From positions 81,675 to 145,674 of the forward strand of contig JBNGIO010006257.1 in assembly GCA_049999805.1 (NCBI GenBank): a stretch of DNA of 64,000 nt, written 5' to 3'. The notes beneath the pieces were generated by a model. That model worked only from the letters and a program-made list of their open reading frames with translations. It was not told where the DNA came from and did not search any database. Of this stretch, positions 12,406-24,912 are shown one piece after another. The number at the start of each line of letters is the position of its first letter. Within the stretch, counting starts at the first letter, position 1. The stretch comes from Folioceros fuciformis (Eukaryota). The position numbers were made by a program, and so were the translations under genes.

Positions 12406-14698
12406 AAAGTTTGTGCCTCAATGTACACTAAGTACTGTGACAACATTGCGAGGAGGAATCCCAAGGCGTCCCACAGAAATGCATGTATCCCGAGTCCCGA
12501 GGTCAGGAGAGATCCCCATGTGCAAAACCAGGAGAGATCCCCATGTGTAAAACCCCTTTGATGTACTGCAGGGAGTGACGAGAAAGGGCTTTTGCATGAT
12601 CCGGTTCCCATTGCCGGACTGGAAAGGTGGTTTGTGAGAGTTGACTCCATCTCTCGGCATCAGCCTTTCTCGTTGTTCCAAGGACTTTCGAAGCTGCTTT
12701 GCTTTGCAGCTGGACTTCCTTTTCATATTCTTGTCAAATGGAAAGGTGGGTATCATGAAATGCGTTGGGTCTTCGGGAGTGAAGGGGAAGAAGGATCTTG
12801 CCCACTTGCCGAGAGCGTCACTGCAGGAGCTTGTTGGGAATGAGGACTCCGAGGAGCGTACGGGACGACCACTTTGGAGAGTTGTTTCGTTTCTACCCCA
12901 TCAGGATCTCTCATTACATCTTCAGAGTTGGCATGTGTGAGTAGTACGCTGTTCACATTAATGCCTCGCGACGCAGTCACTCTACACTTACATCTTCGAA
13001 TTTTGGGCTTTGCTGAATTGCTCTTTCTATCCCAATGGGGCCGCTGCCGCTGTCGCTGAGCTGGATTTTGAGATGCCCACGCAGCGCTCAATCGGTTGCG
13101 TAGACATCGGGAACGATTCCATTCGGAAAAGTTTCACCAGGAACGCCTGCGCAGTCTCTGTAGATCCAGCAACCACGATTAAGAAAGGAGGTATGTATTG
13201 CGGTAGCAACAACAGCCTCCCCGAAAATCGGATGGCGGCGCGGGCCTTTTCCTAGGCCTCCCTCTCCCATCTTGTCCCTCCACGTTCATCTCCCGTACGT
13301 GTGACGTGGTCTTGACGTGCAGGGGATCGTCCACATCGTCCCAGTCGCTTATGTGGAGCGCTTTTAGAGATCCTGCGTCAAAAATGGAGCTTGTCCAAGG
13401 AGGCATCGAAATGGAGCTTTGCTATGGATGCATCCAAATCTTGCATGAGGATCCTCTTGACCACAGTCTACTTATTGCATGTGGACATGGGCATGTTGGC
13501 TGGTTGGTTTCTTTCCACACTTCCAGCGGCGTGTCTGCATTGTGGCCCACAGGATATCTTGTCCACATGGTCCTTTAGATCTAGTGTTCAGAGGTCGGCT
13601 TACTTGAGAAGCAACTGAGTGTTCATCTTCCTTTCAAGCAGCACAGCAGGAGAGGGGAGAAGATAAGAGAATCAAAGTGTGTGCAGATTTGTTGCTCTCG
13701 CCAAACGCACCTCTCTCTCGCTGCTCGGTGAGAAAACCCTGCAGTTTCCCTGCAAGCACCAGGCTTCTGAATTTCAGTACGAAGGTGCTCTGTTTGGGCG
13801 CCTTTTGCGGCCATCACAAGTTCTACATGCTTTGGCCCAAACGAGGTAGCTACAAGGAGCCTGGGATAAATGGAACTCTCGCAGGATCTCGTCGCCAGTT
13901 GTTATTGCATACACCATCCCCCTAGCAGATATATATTCCCACATGCCACCTTGCTCGTGCATCCATCATGCTCCCCATGTGCGAAAGCGTAGGTCAAACT
14001 AGCTGACAGGATGAGAGAAAACTGCCACTCACTCTCTCCTGAAGAGCTCGGAGGGTGCGCGGTCTAGAGCTGGTGCATTCCTGAAGGGTGGGGGGGGGGG
14101 GAGGGGGGCGCGAGATCTATGAATGTGCCCTTGTCAGCGCGCACACCTTCTAGGAGCTCGCATTTCTCTGGCTAATATTTGCAAATTCTCCATTACCTGG
14201 TGGTGCTCGGTGTCTGCTGCACGTGTCGTGGTCCATGACTCTTCGTCACGCTGCTACAAACCATCACACTCACGCATACATTCCATCCAGCCACAAAATA
14301 TGCTCGCATTTCGCATTTCGAGCAACCAAAGTGCTCCCAACAACGACCTTCCCTACATGTGTATTTTGAACAGAGTTCAAGGGCCGACATGGTGATTGTG
14401 ATGAGGATCTTGGGCTCCTGTCTGGGTGCCTGTCCGTGGTCAGTGTGGACGATGCTCGCACGCTCGTTGATTGACAAGACTTGCCTGCAAGCGATGGTCA
14501 CAATTTAATCGTCAGCAGCGACACGTGTGTATGGGAGGAGTGAGGAGGTGCAACTTAACCAACGTTGTGTCATCATCTGTGATCACTACTATCTGAAGAT
14601 GAGGCTGAAATTTTTGTCGGCCGCACGACGAAAGGTTGAGCTAGCACAACCCCCGACTGGACCATCGATCAACAACCCTCACAATCAGCTCAGGAAGC

Positions 14699-15610
14699 AT
14701 GGCAGACATGGCATCCGCGTGGCAAGGGCCCGCAGCGTCCGCAATCCCAGCAGCTTCCTCTCCATCATCGTCGTCCGTGAACCCTAAACCTTGCGGACTG
14801 TTGCCACAGCGGCATCGCAGCTCGGCTGCATTACTGGCCGTCTCCCTCACCATGGCCTTAGGAGCACCAGCAGGAGGGGCAGCAGCAACAGGAACAGGAG
14901 CTGGATTGGATCCTCCATTCCTGCTGGACGCGGCTAGGGTTTTGTCGGTCAGCAAGGCGGGGGAAGTGGAGGAGCAGCTGGAGGACCTGCAGCAGCGTAG
15001 CGGGTGGCGGGTGAGGGTGGTGACCAGAACCGAGCCTACCCCGGCCACTTCGGGACAGACACTCCGGACGCTGTGGAGCCCCGACGAACGTACCATCGTG
15101 GTGATCGAGGACCTGACGGCGCCTAACATCCTCAACTTCAACGTAGGACCTGCTGTGAACTCGCTGCTGCCTCGCCAGTTCTTCGTCGAGCTGCAATCCC
15201 GCTACGGCAACCAGTTCTTCGTGGCGCAGGAAGGCGAGTCAGCGGCTCTGCTCTTCACTCTAGCCGCGCTCAACGACTGCCTGCTGCGCCCCGCCGGCTG
15301 CCGCTTTGTGCCAGGCCTCACCGACGACCTCTATTTCCTAACGCTCGCCACCTCCATCTTCGCCGGCTGCGTGTTCGGGTTTGCCGCCAGAATCCCGCCA
15401 TCGGGCCGCATAGGGGCATCCTGGCAGTGGGTTCTGCTGTTCGCTCCCCTCTGGCTGCTGTTGCTCGGATCCTTCAGCATCCTGCCGATCGTGGGGAGGA
15501 CTGCAGAGGTGGAACCCTTGGTGAAGAATCTGGCGGCGTTCCTCGCTGCTGCTTCCGCTCTGTATTGGACTCCCATCCTTGGCTCGCCACCCCGAGGCGA
15601 TCAGTCCTAG
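14699..15610 (+). CDS. Chloroplast TPM-domain protein (thylakoid lumen 15-kDa-like family) with C-terminal transmembrane helices, intronless
   Basis: Ser/Ala-rich transit peptide and hydrophobic lumen-signal-like segment, then LLDAARVLS...LEDLQQRSGWRVRVVT, NILNFNVG and FFVELQSRYGNQFFV. Hydrophobic C-terminal segments (LTLATSIFAGCVFGFAA, WQWVLLFAPLW). Confidence 0.8.
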   Translation: MADMASAWQGPAASAIPAASSPSSSSVNPKPCGLLPQRHRSSAALLAVSLTMALGAPAGGAAATGTGAGLDPPFLLDAARVLSVSKAGEVEEQLEDLQQRSGWRVRVVTRTEPTPATSGQTLRTLWSPDERTIVVIEDLTAPNILNFNVGPAVNSLLPRQFFVELQSRYGNQFFVAQEGESAALLFTLAALNDCLLRPAGCRFVPGLTDDLYFLTLATSIFAGCVFGFAARIPPSGRIGASWQWVLLFAPLWLLLLGSFSILPIVGRTAEVEPLVKNLAAFLAAASALYWTPILGSPPRGDQS

Positions 15611-16428
15611 CCTCCTCCGGCAGTGGAGGAAGCGTGTATTCCGAATCCTTCGCTACAGCGGCTGCTCTATTGTTTTTGCTCCCCGTTCAAGAAGTCCCTC
15701 TTCAAGACCTAGTCAATCGTCAGCTCAGGCCCTTCACGTCCCAGCGGATGCAATATAAAGAAACCTCTTGCAAAGCCTTCCAAAGATGAGATGGCAGCCT
15801 GTATCCCACGAGACGAATTTCTGTCGTGCAATGTATTGCAATGCAGGCGGCCGTGTGACAACCAGCTCCCGGAAATAGCAGTGGCAGTTCCCACTGGTTT
15901 CGTACGATCCAAGAGAACCTGTCTGCATCCCGAAAATTCAGATGAGCAGCAGCAACGAACAGACTTGCAGTGCAACCTTGGGCATCACGACAGTATGTTT
16001 AGGGTTATGAGGTCTGAGCATCTGCCTGCGCACCTTACGTCAGGTTACGGATCGGTCGACATACTGTTTGTTTCGCTGATGTCTATTTCGCTGCACCAGC
16101 TGAGCTATGTGAAATTCAGCTCTTGGAGTGGCTGTTGAAGTGCACAGGCGTCGATGCAAGATCTGTTATGAAGGGATTCGGTGGGATCCGGGCAAGAGGT
16201 GCTTCCTGATGCAGGTGAAGCAAGTGACGCACTGCTTTTTTCTGGGTTCTCTGTAGGGGCTCGGATCGGGCAGTGACAGACATTGTCGAATCAGATTGTC
16301 ACTTCCAAATTTAAAATTCTTGTTACAAGAGATGATATGCATGGGAGAGGATACGGAGAAGGAGACGGAAGCTGGAAAAGCTTCACCATCGCTTCGTAAA
16401 TGGAATTGAGCATCAGGAGCAGGCGCCC

Positions 16429-19400
16429 ATGACGTTCTCTGATGATTCTGATCTGGATGCCTTGCTGGATGCTCAAAGCAGCGACGAGGATGACGGTGAC
16501 GAACAGGGAGGCGGGCGCAGGCGGATCGATGATATCCTCAAGGATTTTGACGAATTCGGGCTGGATGAAGTAGACCCCCCGCCCTCCGTTCCAAGGTCTG
16601 AGCAGCAGCAGCAGGAGTCTGCAGGAGGCCATGCCACGCACCGCAGGCCCGCAAACAACGTGGCTGTGGACCAGTTCGAGGGGAAAGAAGGCGCTCCAGC
16701 TGTTGCCTTGCCAGCAGGGGGGGCGGTTTTGGAGGAAGTTTTGCGACGCGCCAACAGTACAGAGCCGTGCAGTTTGGATTCCCAGGACGAGGGTGACGAT
16801 GTGATGTACACAGTCCTTGATGATGCGTGGGAGTTGGAGGACCAGGCTGTGCCACCACCAGAAACTGCATCATCTGCTGGTGCCTTGGATGATGAGAAAT
16901 TGCTGACCGACTTAGCTGCAAAGTCCGTTCTCGAGGGATCTCCTGGCGAGGGTGTCTGGACATCTGGCAGTGTCGTCCAGGATGCACAGCTGCCGGAGTT
17001 TTCGGATGACAGAGAGGATGGTTTGGTCGCGGATTCCCTGCACGTGGGTGCTCTGTCTGACGTTCAGGGCTCTGTGTCTGGCATCTCCCAATCCAGGTCA
17101 GAAGCTCTAGGCAGGGAAGATGGTGGAATATCGGAGCATATGTTTCAGAGTACTAGCACCAACTTGTTTGAGGGAGACAGAAAAAAGGAGCAAGGTTTGT
17201 CGTCGGTGGGAAGCAAGGAATACTTTCTCAAGTCAGGGGACTCCAAGGTTAGTAGGAGGCCCGGAGCTGCGTTTGCAGCAGCTGCAGCTGCCTCTCGATT
17301 ATTTAGGAGTAGAATGATTGCTGATTTGGAGACGTCTACCAGCTCACATCTCTCTTCAGCTCAGACGCCTGAGGACGAGTCTAGCTTCGGTGATACCTCC
17401 ACATCTGTCGACAACCACGACCTTGTTGAGGGCGACTCATTAGTCCAGTCCTTAAGAGATTCAGAGCTGACTGACAGCTCGGGAGTACCTCCATTTTTGT
17501 CTTCGAATTCATTGAACTCCACACGTAGGAAGGACTTTGTGGTTCACCGTATCGATGAAGGTGACAGTCATCTAGTAACTACCCCGAAGGAGAGTTCTGA
17601 ATCATCTTATCTATCTGATCCTCCTTGTGTGCACAATATCGAGGGTGATGGTGGCCCTCAAACTTTTTCGATGATAAATGTGCCATATGCGAGACCGCAG
17701 CAAAGCTCTTCTATTTCACATGCTTCTTTATCCAGATTTGATCCGAGCAGCAAGGATGACAGCACCGCAGCTGAAGGGGCCGAACGTCAGGATGTAGATG
17801 TTGCCCCGGAGAGCGGCAATGAAGAGCGTCTTGTTCCAGAAATGTCTTCAAGTGATATGTCCGGTGATGATGCAGCAAATTATGTGCCAAGCTTGTGGGA
17901 AACCACTTCTCTTGAAGGTTCCGATGTTGCAGTTGAGGAATTACAATCTCGTGACTCTCTCTCGGTTGAAGCCACAAAGATGCACGTTGTGGATGGCTCT
18001 GTCGAGGGAGCACTTGGTGTAAGCAGGCAGGAAGAGTGCATGCCTCTGGCAACTGCTGAGGAGTTTGAGAGGAGAGCTGCAAGTTCAGGTTTTCATCTGG
18101 AGGAAGGAGCAGCTGCTCAGCCTATGAGGCTCGAGGGTATTCATAGTGGACCTCCTGCAATCGGGGTTTTGCAGCTGGACTCTGGAGGCCGCCTTTCACA
18201 GGCTTTAGGAAATCCTGCTATCAGAAGAGATCATGGTTATCCACAAGCTCTGGCAGTTCACTCAAGTTCAGTTGCTGTAGGCATGTCCAAAGGATGTGTC
18301 ATGGTATCCAATGCAAATGGAGGCACTTCTGATAGCAGTGAGTCGAAGGTAAGAAACCGAATTACCTCGGAAATGCTCAATGGCCCGCTAAGCTAGAAAG
18401 TCACAGGAGTACGTCTAAGCAGGTAACATTCTTCTGTTTACCTTTGCAGGCTCGGTTTCTTGGAGCTGGCGACAAGTCGCTTTCTGCAGTAAGTGCAATG
18501 TGCTTCAATCTGCCGGGGGATATGCTACTCGTGGGGTACTCAAACGGATCTGTACTACTCTGGGATCTGACCAGAGCATCAGCCTCAAAATCAGTTACAA
18601 CAGAGCATACAGCTGCAGTCATCCACGCTGTAATTTTGCAAGACTCACGAGCAGGTCGTCAGATGAGAGCTATAACTGGAGACTGTAAAGGAAATGTCCT
18701 TGTGCATACAATCACAATCGTGCCACTGCTTCGACATGTATCTGTGACTACGCAGGTATCGTTGCTGCTGCTTTGTTGCTGTGACTTTCAAGCTTCTATT
18801 TGTGTCTTCTGACTTTCTATCATCTGTTTGTTCGCATGGTCTTGTTACTGCCATGTTCTTTCTAGATGTTAACCCAGGTCTGACAGTTGCAGCATGTCGT
18901 AACAGTGTTTGCTGGATGGTCGGGTGAATGGACTAGCGCTTTCAGTTTCGGTACAAGATGAAGCTCCCCATGCCAATGGTGTCACTGCTTCTAGTCATTC
19001 TGTCCTCACTTCAAATTCCATAGGGTTGAATACTATGATGGGTGGAGTAGCTGGAGTAGTGGGAGGGGTGACTGACGTGGGTCGTAAGGCTTCCGCTGAT
19101 GAAGGTGGAGGCCTTGTTGTGTTGGTAACGCAACAAATTTCTCTTGTTGTAAGTTCAGCTCATTCAACTACAATCTATAGAGTTTGTCTTGCAGGCTCAG
19201 AAATCTCATGGGGTTCTTAGTCAGATTGTGCTTTCATCTAAGGTCATCGTCAGTAATATTGTGACGGTCTTTAGTGTGAAGAAGCTGTTCATTTCCCGTA
19301 CCCTTTGGATGCCTGCATGCTAACGGATATACTATGCCACAGGTGCGTCTGCCACCCACGTTGGAAGTCTGTGCAAAGTTCACTCGGCCACAGAGTGTGA

Positions 19401-22400
19401 GGGAGACTGCAATCCCCTACACAGCATGGAGGCCAAACAACTATGGGTTTTCCAAAGGCAGTCAGACAGGTGTTCCACCTGGTCTGCCTATGAATGCTGC
19501 AGGCACTGGGTTGGCTGTTGACAATACCGGGGCTAGTAATACTTCTGAAAAGCATGTGGAGAAGGATGTGCTTCCTGAATCTGGGAAAAGGGCCAACATG
19601 GGTAGACTAGAAGGTCAGATGGTGCCAACCCTGGCAATGGCTTGGGATCATAAGGCGTTTGTTATGCAACTCTTCGAGTCCGAGCTGAAGGTCACGGCAG
19701 AATGGGATCTTCACAGTACTGCTGCAGGTGTGGCATGGTTAGAGGAGCAGGTGTGTTCTTTTGTTCTGTCTATATACAATCTATGGACATGCTTAGCGGT
19801 GTTGGAACCGACTTGTTGTCATGTTTCCTCTCATGATCATTTGTCGCTTGCAGATGGTGGTTGTTCTTACCGTGGATAATCAGTTGCGGTTGTTCACTGT
19901 GGAGGGATTCGAAGTGGACCGAGCAACTCTGGGCGGGGAGCAAGGAGATGAGGCTGTTGCATACCTCACCCACTTGGTCAATCCGTTTGGAAACCCTGAG
20001 AGAACGTACCATAGTTCGTTAGCAGTACGTGGTGCAGCACTGTATTTGCTTGGCCACTCTCAACTTTGGAGGACTTGTTTATTACCTTGGAGAAATCGTA
20101 TCAAGGCTCTTCAAGATGCTGGTGACTGGATGGGAGCGTTTCATATAGCTATGGAGCTTTACGATGGGAAGGCAAGAGGTGTAACAGGCCTTCCGAGAAG
20201 CTTAGATGCACGTCGGACTGCAATCATGCCCACTCTTCTATCGTTGCTATCTGCCTATATAGATGAAGCTTTTGCATACCTTTCCCTTGCCTTTCGCTCT
20301 TCTGTCTCTACCAAGTCAAATGGCGGTTTGTCAGATCTTTCAGCCGCTGGAAACCATGAAGTACAGGCAATTGGGCATAGCTCCCCTTCATCGGCAAGCG
20401 CGTCAGACGTGAAAGACCAATATGCAAGAGTAGGAGGAGTTGCCATTGAGTTTTGTGTTCATATAAAAAAGACAGACGTGCTTTTTGAGAATGTTTTTGC
20501 CAAGTTTGACGCTGTGGGTCAAAGAGGTGAGTTTGTTGGATATTCACTGTAGTTCTTTTTGGATTTAGACACGGATTTGACTTCTGACGCTCAACATTCA
20601 TAGGGAGTTTTCTGGAGCTGTTGGAGCCATACATTTTGAAGGATATGCTTGGAGGCCTTGCACCTGAGGTTCCTTCTCAGCAACTCGATTTGAACTTCTT
20701 TCCTTACGTCTTGTAGCTTTGCAATGACTTATTGCAGTCCTGAACATCTGGAAAGCACCTTGCAGGTCATGCAAGGTCTGGTCGAGCACTACAGTGATCG
20801 GGGTTGGCTCCAAAGGGTCGAGCAATGCATATTGCACATGGATATTGGATCGTTGGATTTCAATCAGGCAAGAATCTGGAAATAGTTTAGTTTTCTTCAT
20901 TTGAGCGAAAGGCTTGAATTTCGACTCGGGTAGCAGGCACATGTAGGTGTTGGCACAAACCTGAAGGGGATCTGTCACTAGTTCGGTTTTCTTCATTTGA
21001 GTGCAAGGCTGTAATTTCGACTTGGGTAGCAGGCACATATAGGTGTTGGCACAAACCTGACGGGGATCTGTCACTGCAGGTAGTTAGACTTTGCAGGGAA
21101 CATGGTCTCTACAGCGCCCTGATATACATTTTCAACAAAGGGCTGGATGACTTCAGGTCACCCTTGGAAGAGCTTTTGACTGTAGCTCAAGATCTTCAGA
21201 ATCCTCAATGTCAAGCGTTCGGGTAGGACTCACTATACAACTGAACATCACTTCCAGAGTTTTCTGCTGGTTGCAAACCCACATTACACTATGTATCATT
21301 ACACTATGTATGGAAAATGTTGCACCGTTCTGCCGTTCATGGTACATTTGTCGTGGATTGCTGCTGCTGCTTTTATCATGGGGCCTGAATGTATATTGGC
21401 AGGTATAAACTGCTCGTGTATCTGAAGTACTGCTTCCTTGGTCTCTCCTTCCCACCAGGTTTGTGACTCTTGTGAGATGAATGTACTTCTTTCTGGGCAA
21501 CTAGTCTTATGCAGCAGAACTGAATTGGAACCTGTCTATGCAGGGCGTGGAGAACTTTCTCCCGCTCGGTTACCTTCTTTGCGAGCAGAGCTGCTTCAGT
21601 TTCTGCTTGACCCTGTTGGTAGCAATGAGGATCAAGCAGTCATGAGGTCAAAAAATCAGAGGGGAAAGACTTACCCGAGGCTGTGTTTTTTACTTGAGCT
21701 GGATACAAAAGCAACGCTGCTTGTGTTGAGCTTGGCCTTCCCAGAGAGCGGTCCTTTGGGCGTTGGTAAGGTAGGCTGTGCATATTCAGCTGGTCAGCAA
21801 GAAGAAACATCTCAGGTTGAAGACGGACCAAATGCTGGTGAAGCTTCCCCCTACATGCAGGCAGTAGTCAATGCTCTTGTTCATGTACTGGAAGCTGCCC
21901 AGTGTGGTCTTTCTGCCACAAGTAAACATGAAAGTGAAGGCTCGGAGAGTGCATCGCACCTGTCTTGGCCTTCCAAGGAAGACGCCAGCTGCCTACTCCA
22001 GTTGGTTGCTCGTTTTGTTGCTGCGAGACATGCTGTGGTGGCAAGTAACACGTTGTGCTCCATCTTGGAGAATTTAACATCCAGTGTGGAACTGTCTAGA
22101 CAAGATGATAAGGCAAGGATAGAAAAGGAAGGTGTCATGTTGGAACTCTTGCAGGGGTTACCTGAAACAGAGTGGGATGTGGCCCGTACACTTAAACAGG
22201 CTCAACAAGCACAGTTTTGGCAGGTCTGAACGTCTTTTGGTAGCGACAGGTCAGTGTTTGAACTTTCTATGTGCTGACTTGCTAGTCGCAACTGGCAGGT
22301 GAGTGCGCTTATTCACAGGAAAAGCGGGGACATGATTACTGCTCTAGACTGCTATCTGTTGGATGTGAATCACCCACAACATGCCTTTACTTTTATAATG

Positions 22401-24912
22401 GATATGCTGCATCCCGAGGATGGTTTAGAGGGTTCGAACATGCTGAGCTTCAGGGAAGGAGTTCTTAGCCGGATTGCAAAGCTTCTAGCTCTGAGCAGGT
22501 CAGTCCAGTGTCACATTATGTTCTGGTCGACTGGGATTGATTGGGAACTGTGCTCACTCAAATTGGTTGGTTTTTGGTTTGTCCTAGGCCAACTACGTTA
22601 CTTATTGTGCTGAAATACTTCATCGGAGATCTTGATTCGATCACAACTTCGCTAGGCCAGGAGCCTTATCTGTTGTTCAGCTATTTGAAAGCTATTATGG
22701 ATGTCCGCACCCATGGGTACTGCCAACCTCTGCCTTCACTTTCGAAACAAGCCTCTGAAGAGACTGTCAGCACCCAGCTGGAGACTCTGCTCGTTCAGGA
22801 CAAGGATGTCAACCTGGCAGATATGCTGGAACAGTCCGGGCTGCTCTCCAGAGATGGGTTGGCAGAATTGTATCTGGAGGTGTGTGTCATTATATGGGTC
22901 ATTTTCAGATGCAATTGTGAGGTCAGATGCACTGGAGTAGCACGATTGCTTTCAAGTAAGGCTGAGTAATTTCCCTTTTTGCTCTCCGGATTCTTTAAGA
23001 ACGTATTTGCATGGTGCTGCAGCTTCTATGCCAATTCCACCCCACATCAGTCTTGAGCTTTTTGGAGAGATCTGAGAATTATCGGCTAGAGCATTGCCTG
23101 AAGTTGTGTCAGGAGTATGAGATAACAGATGCAGCCGTGTTTATCTTGGAAAGAGTCGGCGATGTTGCAAGTGCTTTGTCTCTGGTGCTTTCTGAGTTTG
23201 AACAGCGATTGCGGGAGATGGATCAGGCAGTGTCATGCGTTTTTTCCTCAGTTGGCTCATCAAAACGTCACGTCAGCATTCTCCATGGTCCTGATCTGCC
23301 TGAGGTAAGAGGAACCACACACGTTTGTATGTGGTTTGGTGACGTTTGTGTACTGAGTAGCGACACTGGCGAGCAAATACTACACTGGAACTGTCCAGTT
23401 TTGTGTTCATCTCGTTGATGTGTTTGTGGCCGATGTAGGTAGAACTGGCTGCTTCAGTTATGAGAGATGCGATTAGACTCTGTCAACGAAACGCACTGCA
23501 GCTAGACCTACGAGAGTCCAAGCAGTTGTGGTTTCGAGTTCTTGACAGGTACTTGTATTTCCATCTTGACTGATGGTTGGACGGCTTATTTGCACGTTGG
23601 AGAGTGCTGACGAAGCTCATCTGACCCGCAAGTGTGTGGTGTGATCAGAGTCGTTGACCCCCTCTGTAGCTTGAGCATGAGTGAAGAGACTATAAAGTTT
23701 CAGGAACAAACGCTTGGGCAACATGAAAAGGGCACTTTCCATTGGAATGTAGTAGCAGGAAGACCATCAGGAGAATATGTACGAAAGCATCTGAGGCAGT
23801 TTATGGGCGAGATTGTCGAGAGCATGAAGGGCTATGTTCCTCTATCGGACATAATGCAAAAGATTTTGACAGACAACGGCGGTCATGAGTTCAGGGACTT
23901 CAGAGAAACAATTCTGGGACTCCTCAGTACATACGGTTTCGAATGTGCGCTTCTGGTATACTTCGGACATCGGTGTGTGGGAGTGCTGCGGTTTTCTTAG
24001 AGTCTGTCGCTGACGAGATTTTTCTGACAAACAGGGTAAGGCAAAGCGTGTCTTGGAAGATGACACATACTCTAATATCAGCACGCTGAAGAAATACCGT
24101 ACACATGCTTATGCTCCCAGTGGTATAAACTGTTGTGTATGCCAACGGAAACTGAACGAGGATCGTGACAGAAGCTCTGATGGAAATGTTGTAAGCAGAC
24201 ACATGAGCAGCAAGGACAAGCTCAAAGGAAAGATGACAGAGGAAGAAAGCAGAGAAGATCGAATTCCAAGCTTACCAGTCGGAGTGTTCATATTTGCTTG
24301 TGGGCACGCAGTTCACTCTTCGTGTCTGGATGATACAGTCAACGGTGAATCGCAATTTATTGGTTGCCCAATTTGCTATACATCAGGGAGCGACAATGAG
24401 GCTGTGGTTCAACGACAAACGGTACAACAACCCAGAACCCGCCAAAAATTAAGAGGGATGGAGACGACGACAGTGGGTAGCGAAGCTAAAACATCGTCGG
24501 TTTTCTCCAGGGTGTGTACAGACCCCCTAAAGCATTACATTCATGTTATTCGTAAAAGTTCTTTTGACTAACAATGATGCGGACTGTTGCAACTCCTGGT
24601 GTGCAGTGGGAAGTGCTGAATAGTCTTCAAAAAGGGAAGGGAATCGATGAGCTGGGACCTTCAATACAGCTGAGTCTGGCACCCCCGAAACTAAACGCCA
24701 CTCTCCAGAAAGGGGGTACAATCGGCCGTACAATCGGCCCTTCGCGAGCTACAAGTTCCAGCCGGAAAGCAGGCGCTTCTGTGAGGAGTTCACTAAAGCG
24801 CGACCTGGGAAAACCTGCAGCTGCGAGACCTCGTCAACGGGGGATTCGTGATGCAATTGCGGGTACCCCATCTGGCAAGGTGCAGGTCCCTAGTAAAAGG
24901 AGGACTGCATAG
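16429..24912 (+). CDS. VPS8: Vacuolar protein sorting 8 homologue (CORVET subunit), multi-exon
   Basis: AQPMRLEG, WD-like region, LLPWRNRIKALQDAGDWMGA, FLELLEPYILKDMLGGLAPEVMQGLVEHY...WLQRVEQCILHMDI, VVRLCREHGLYSALIY, YRLEHCLKLCQEYEITDA and a C-terminal RING (CCVC...ACGHAVHSSC...CPIC). Exons are linked by GT-AG introns plus one GC-AG. Exact last exon is approximate. Confidence 0.9.
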
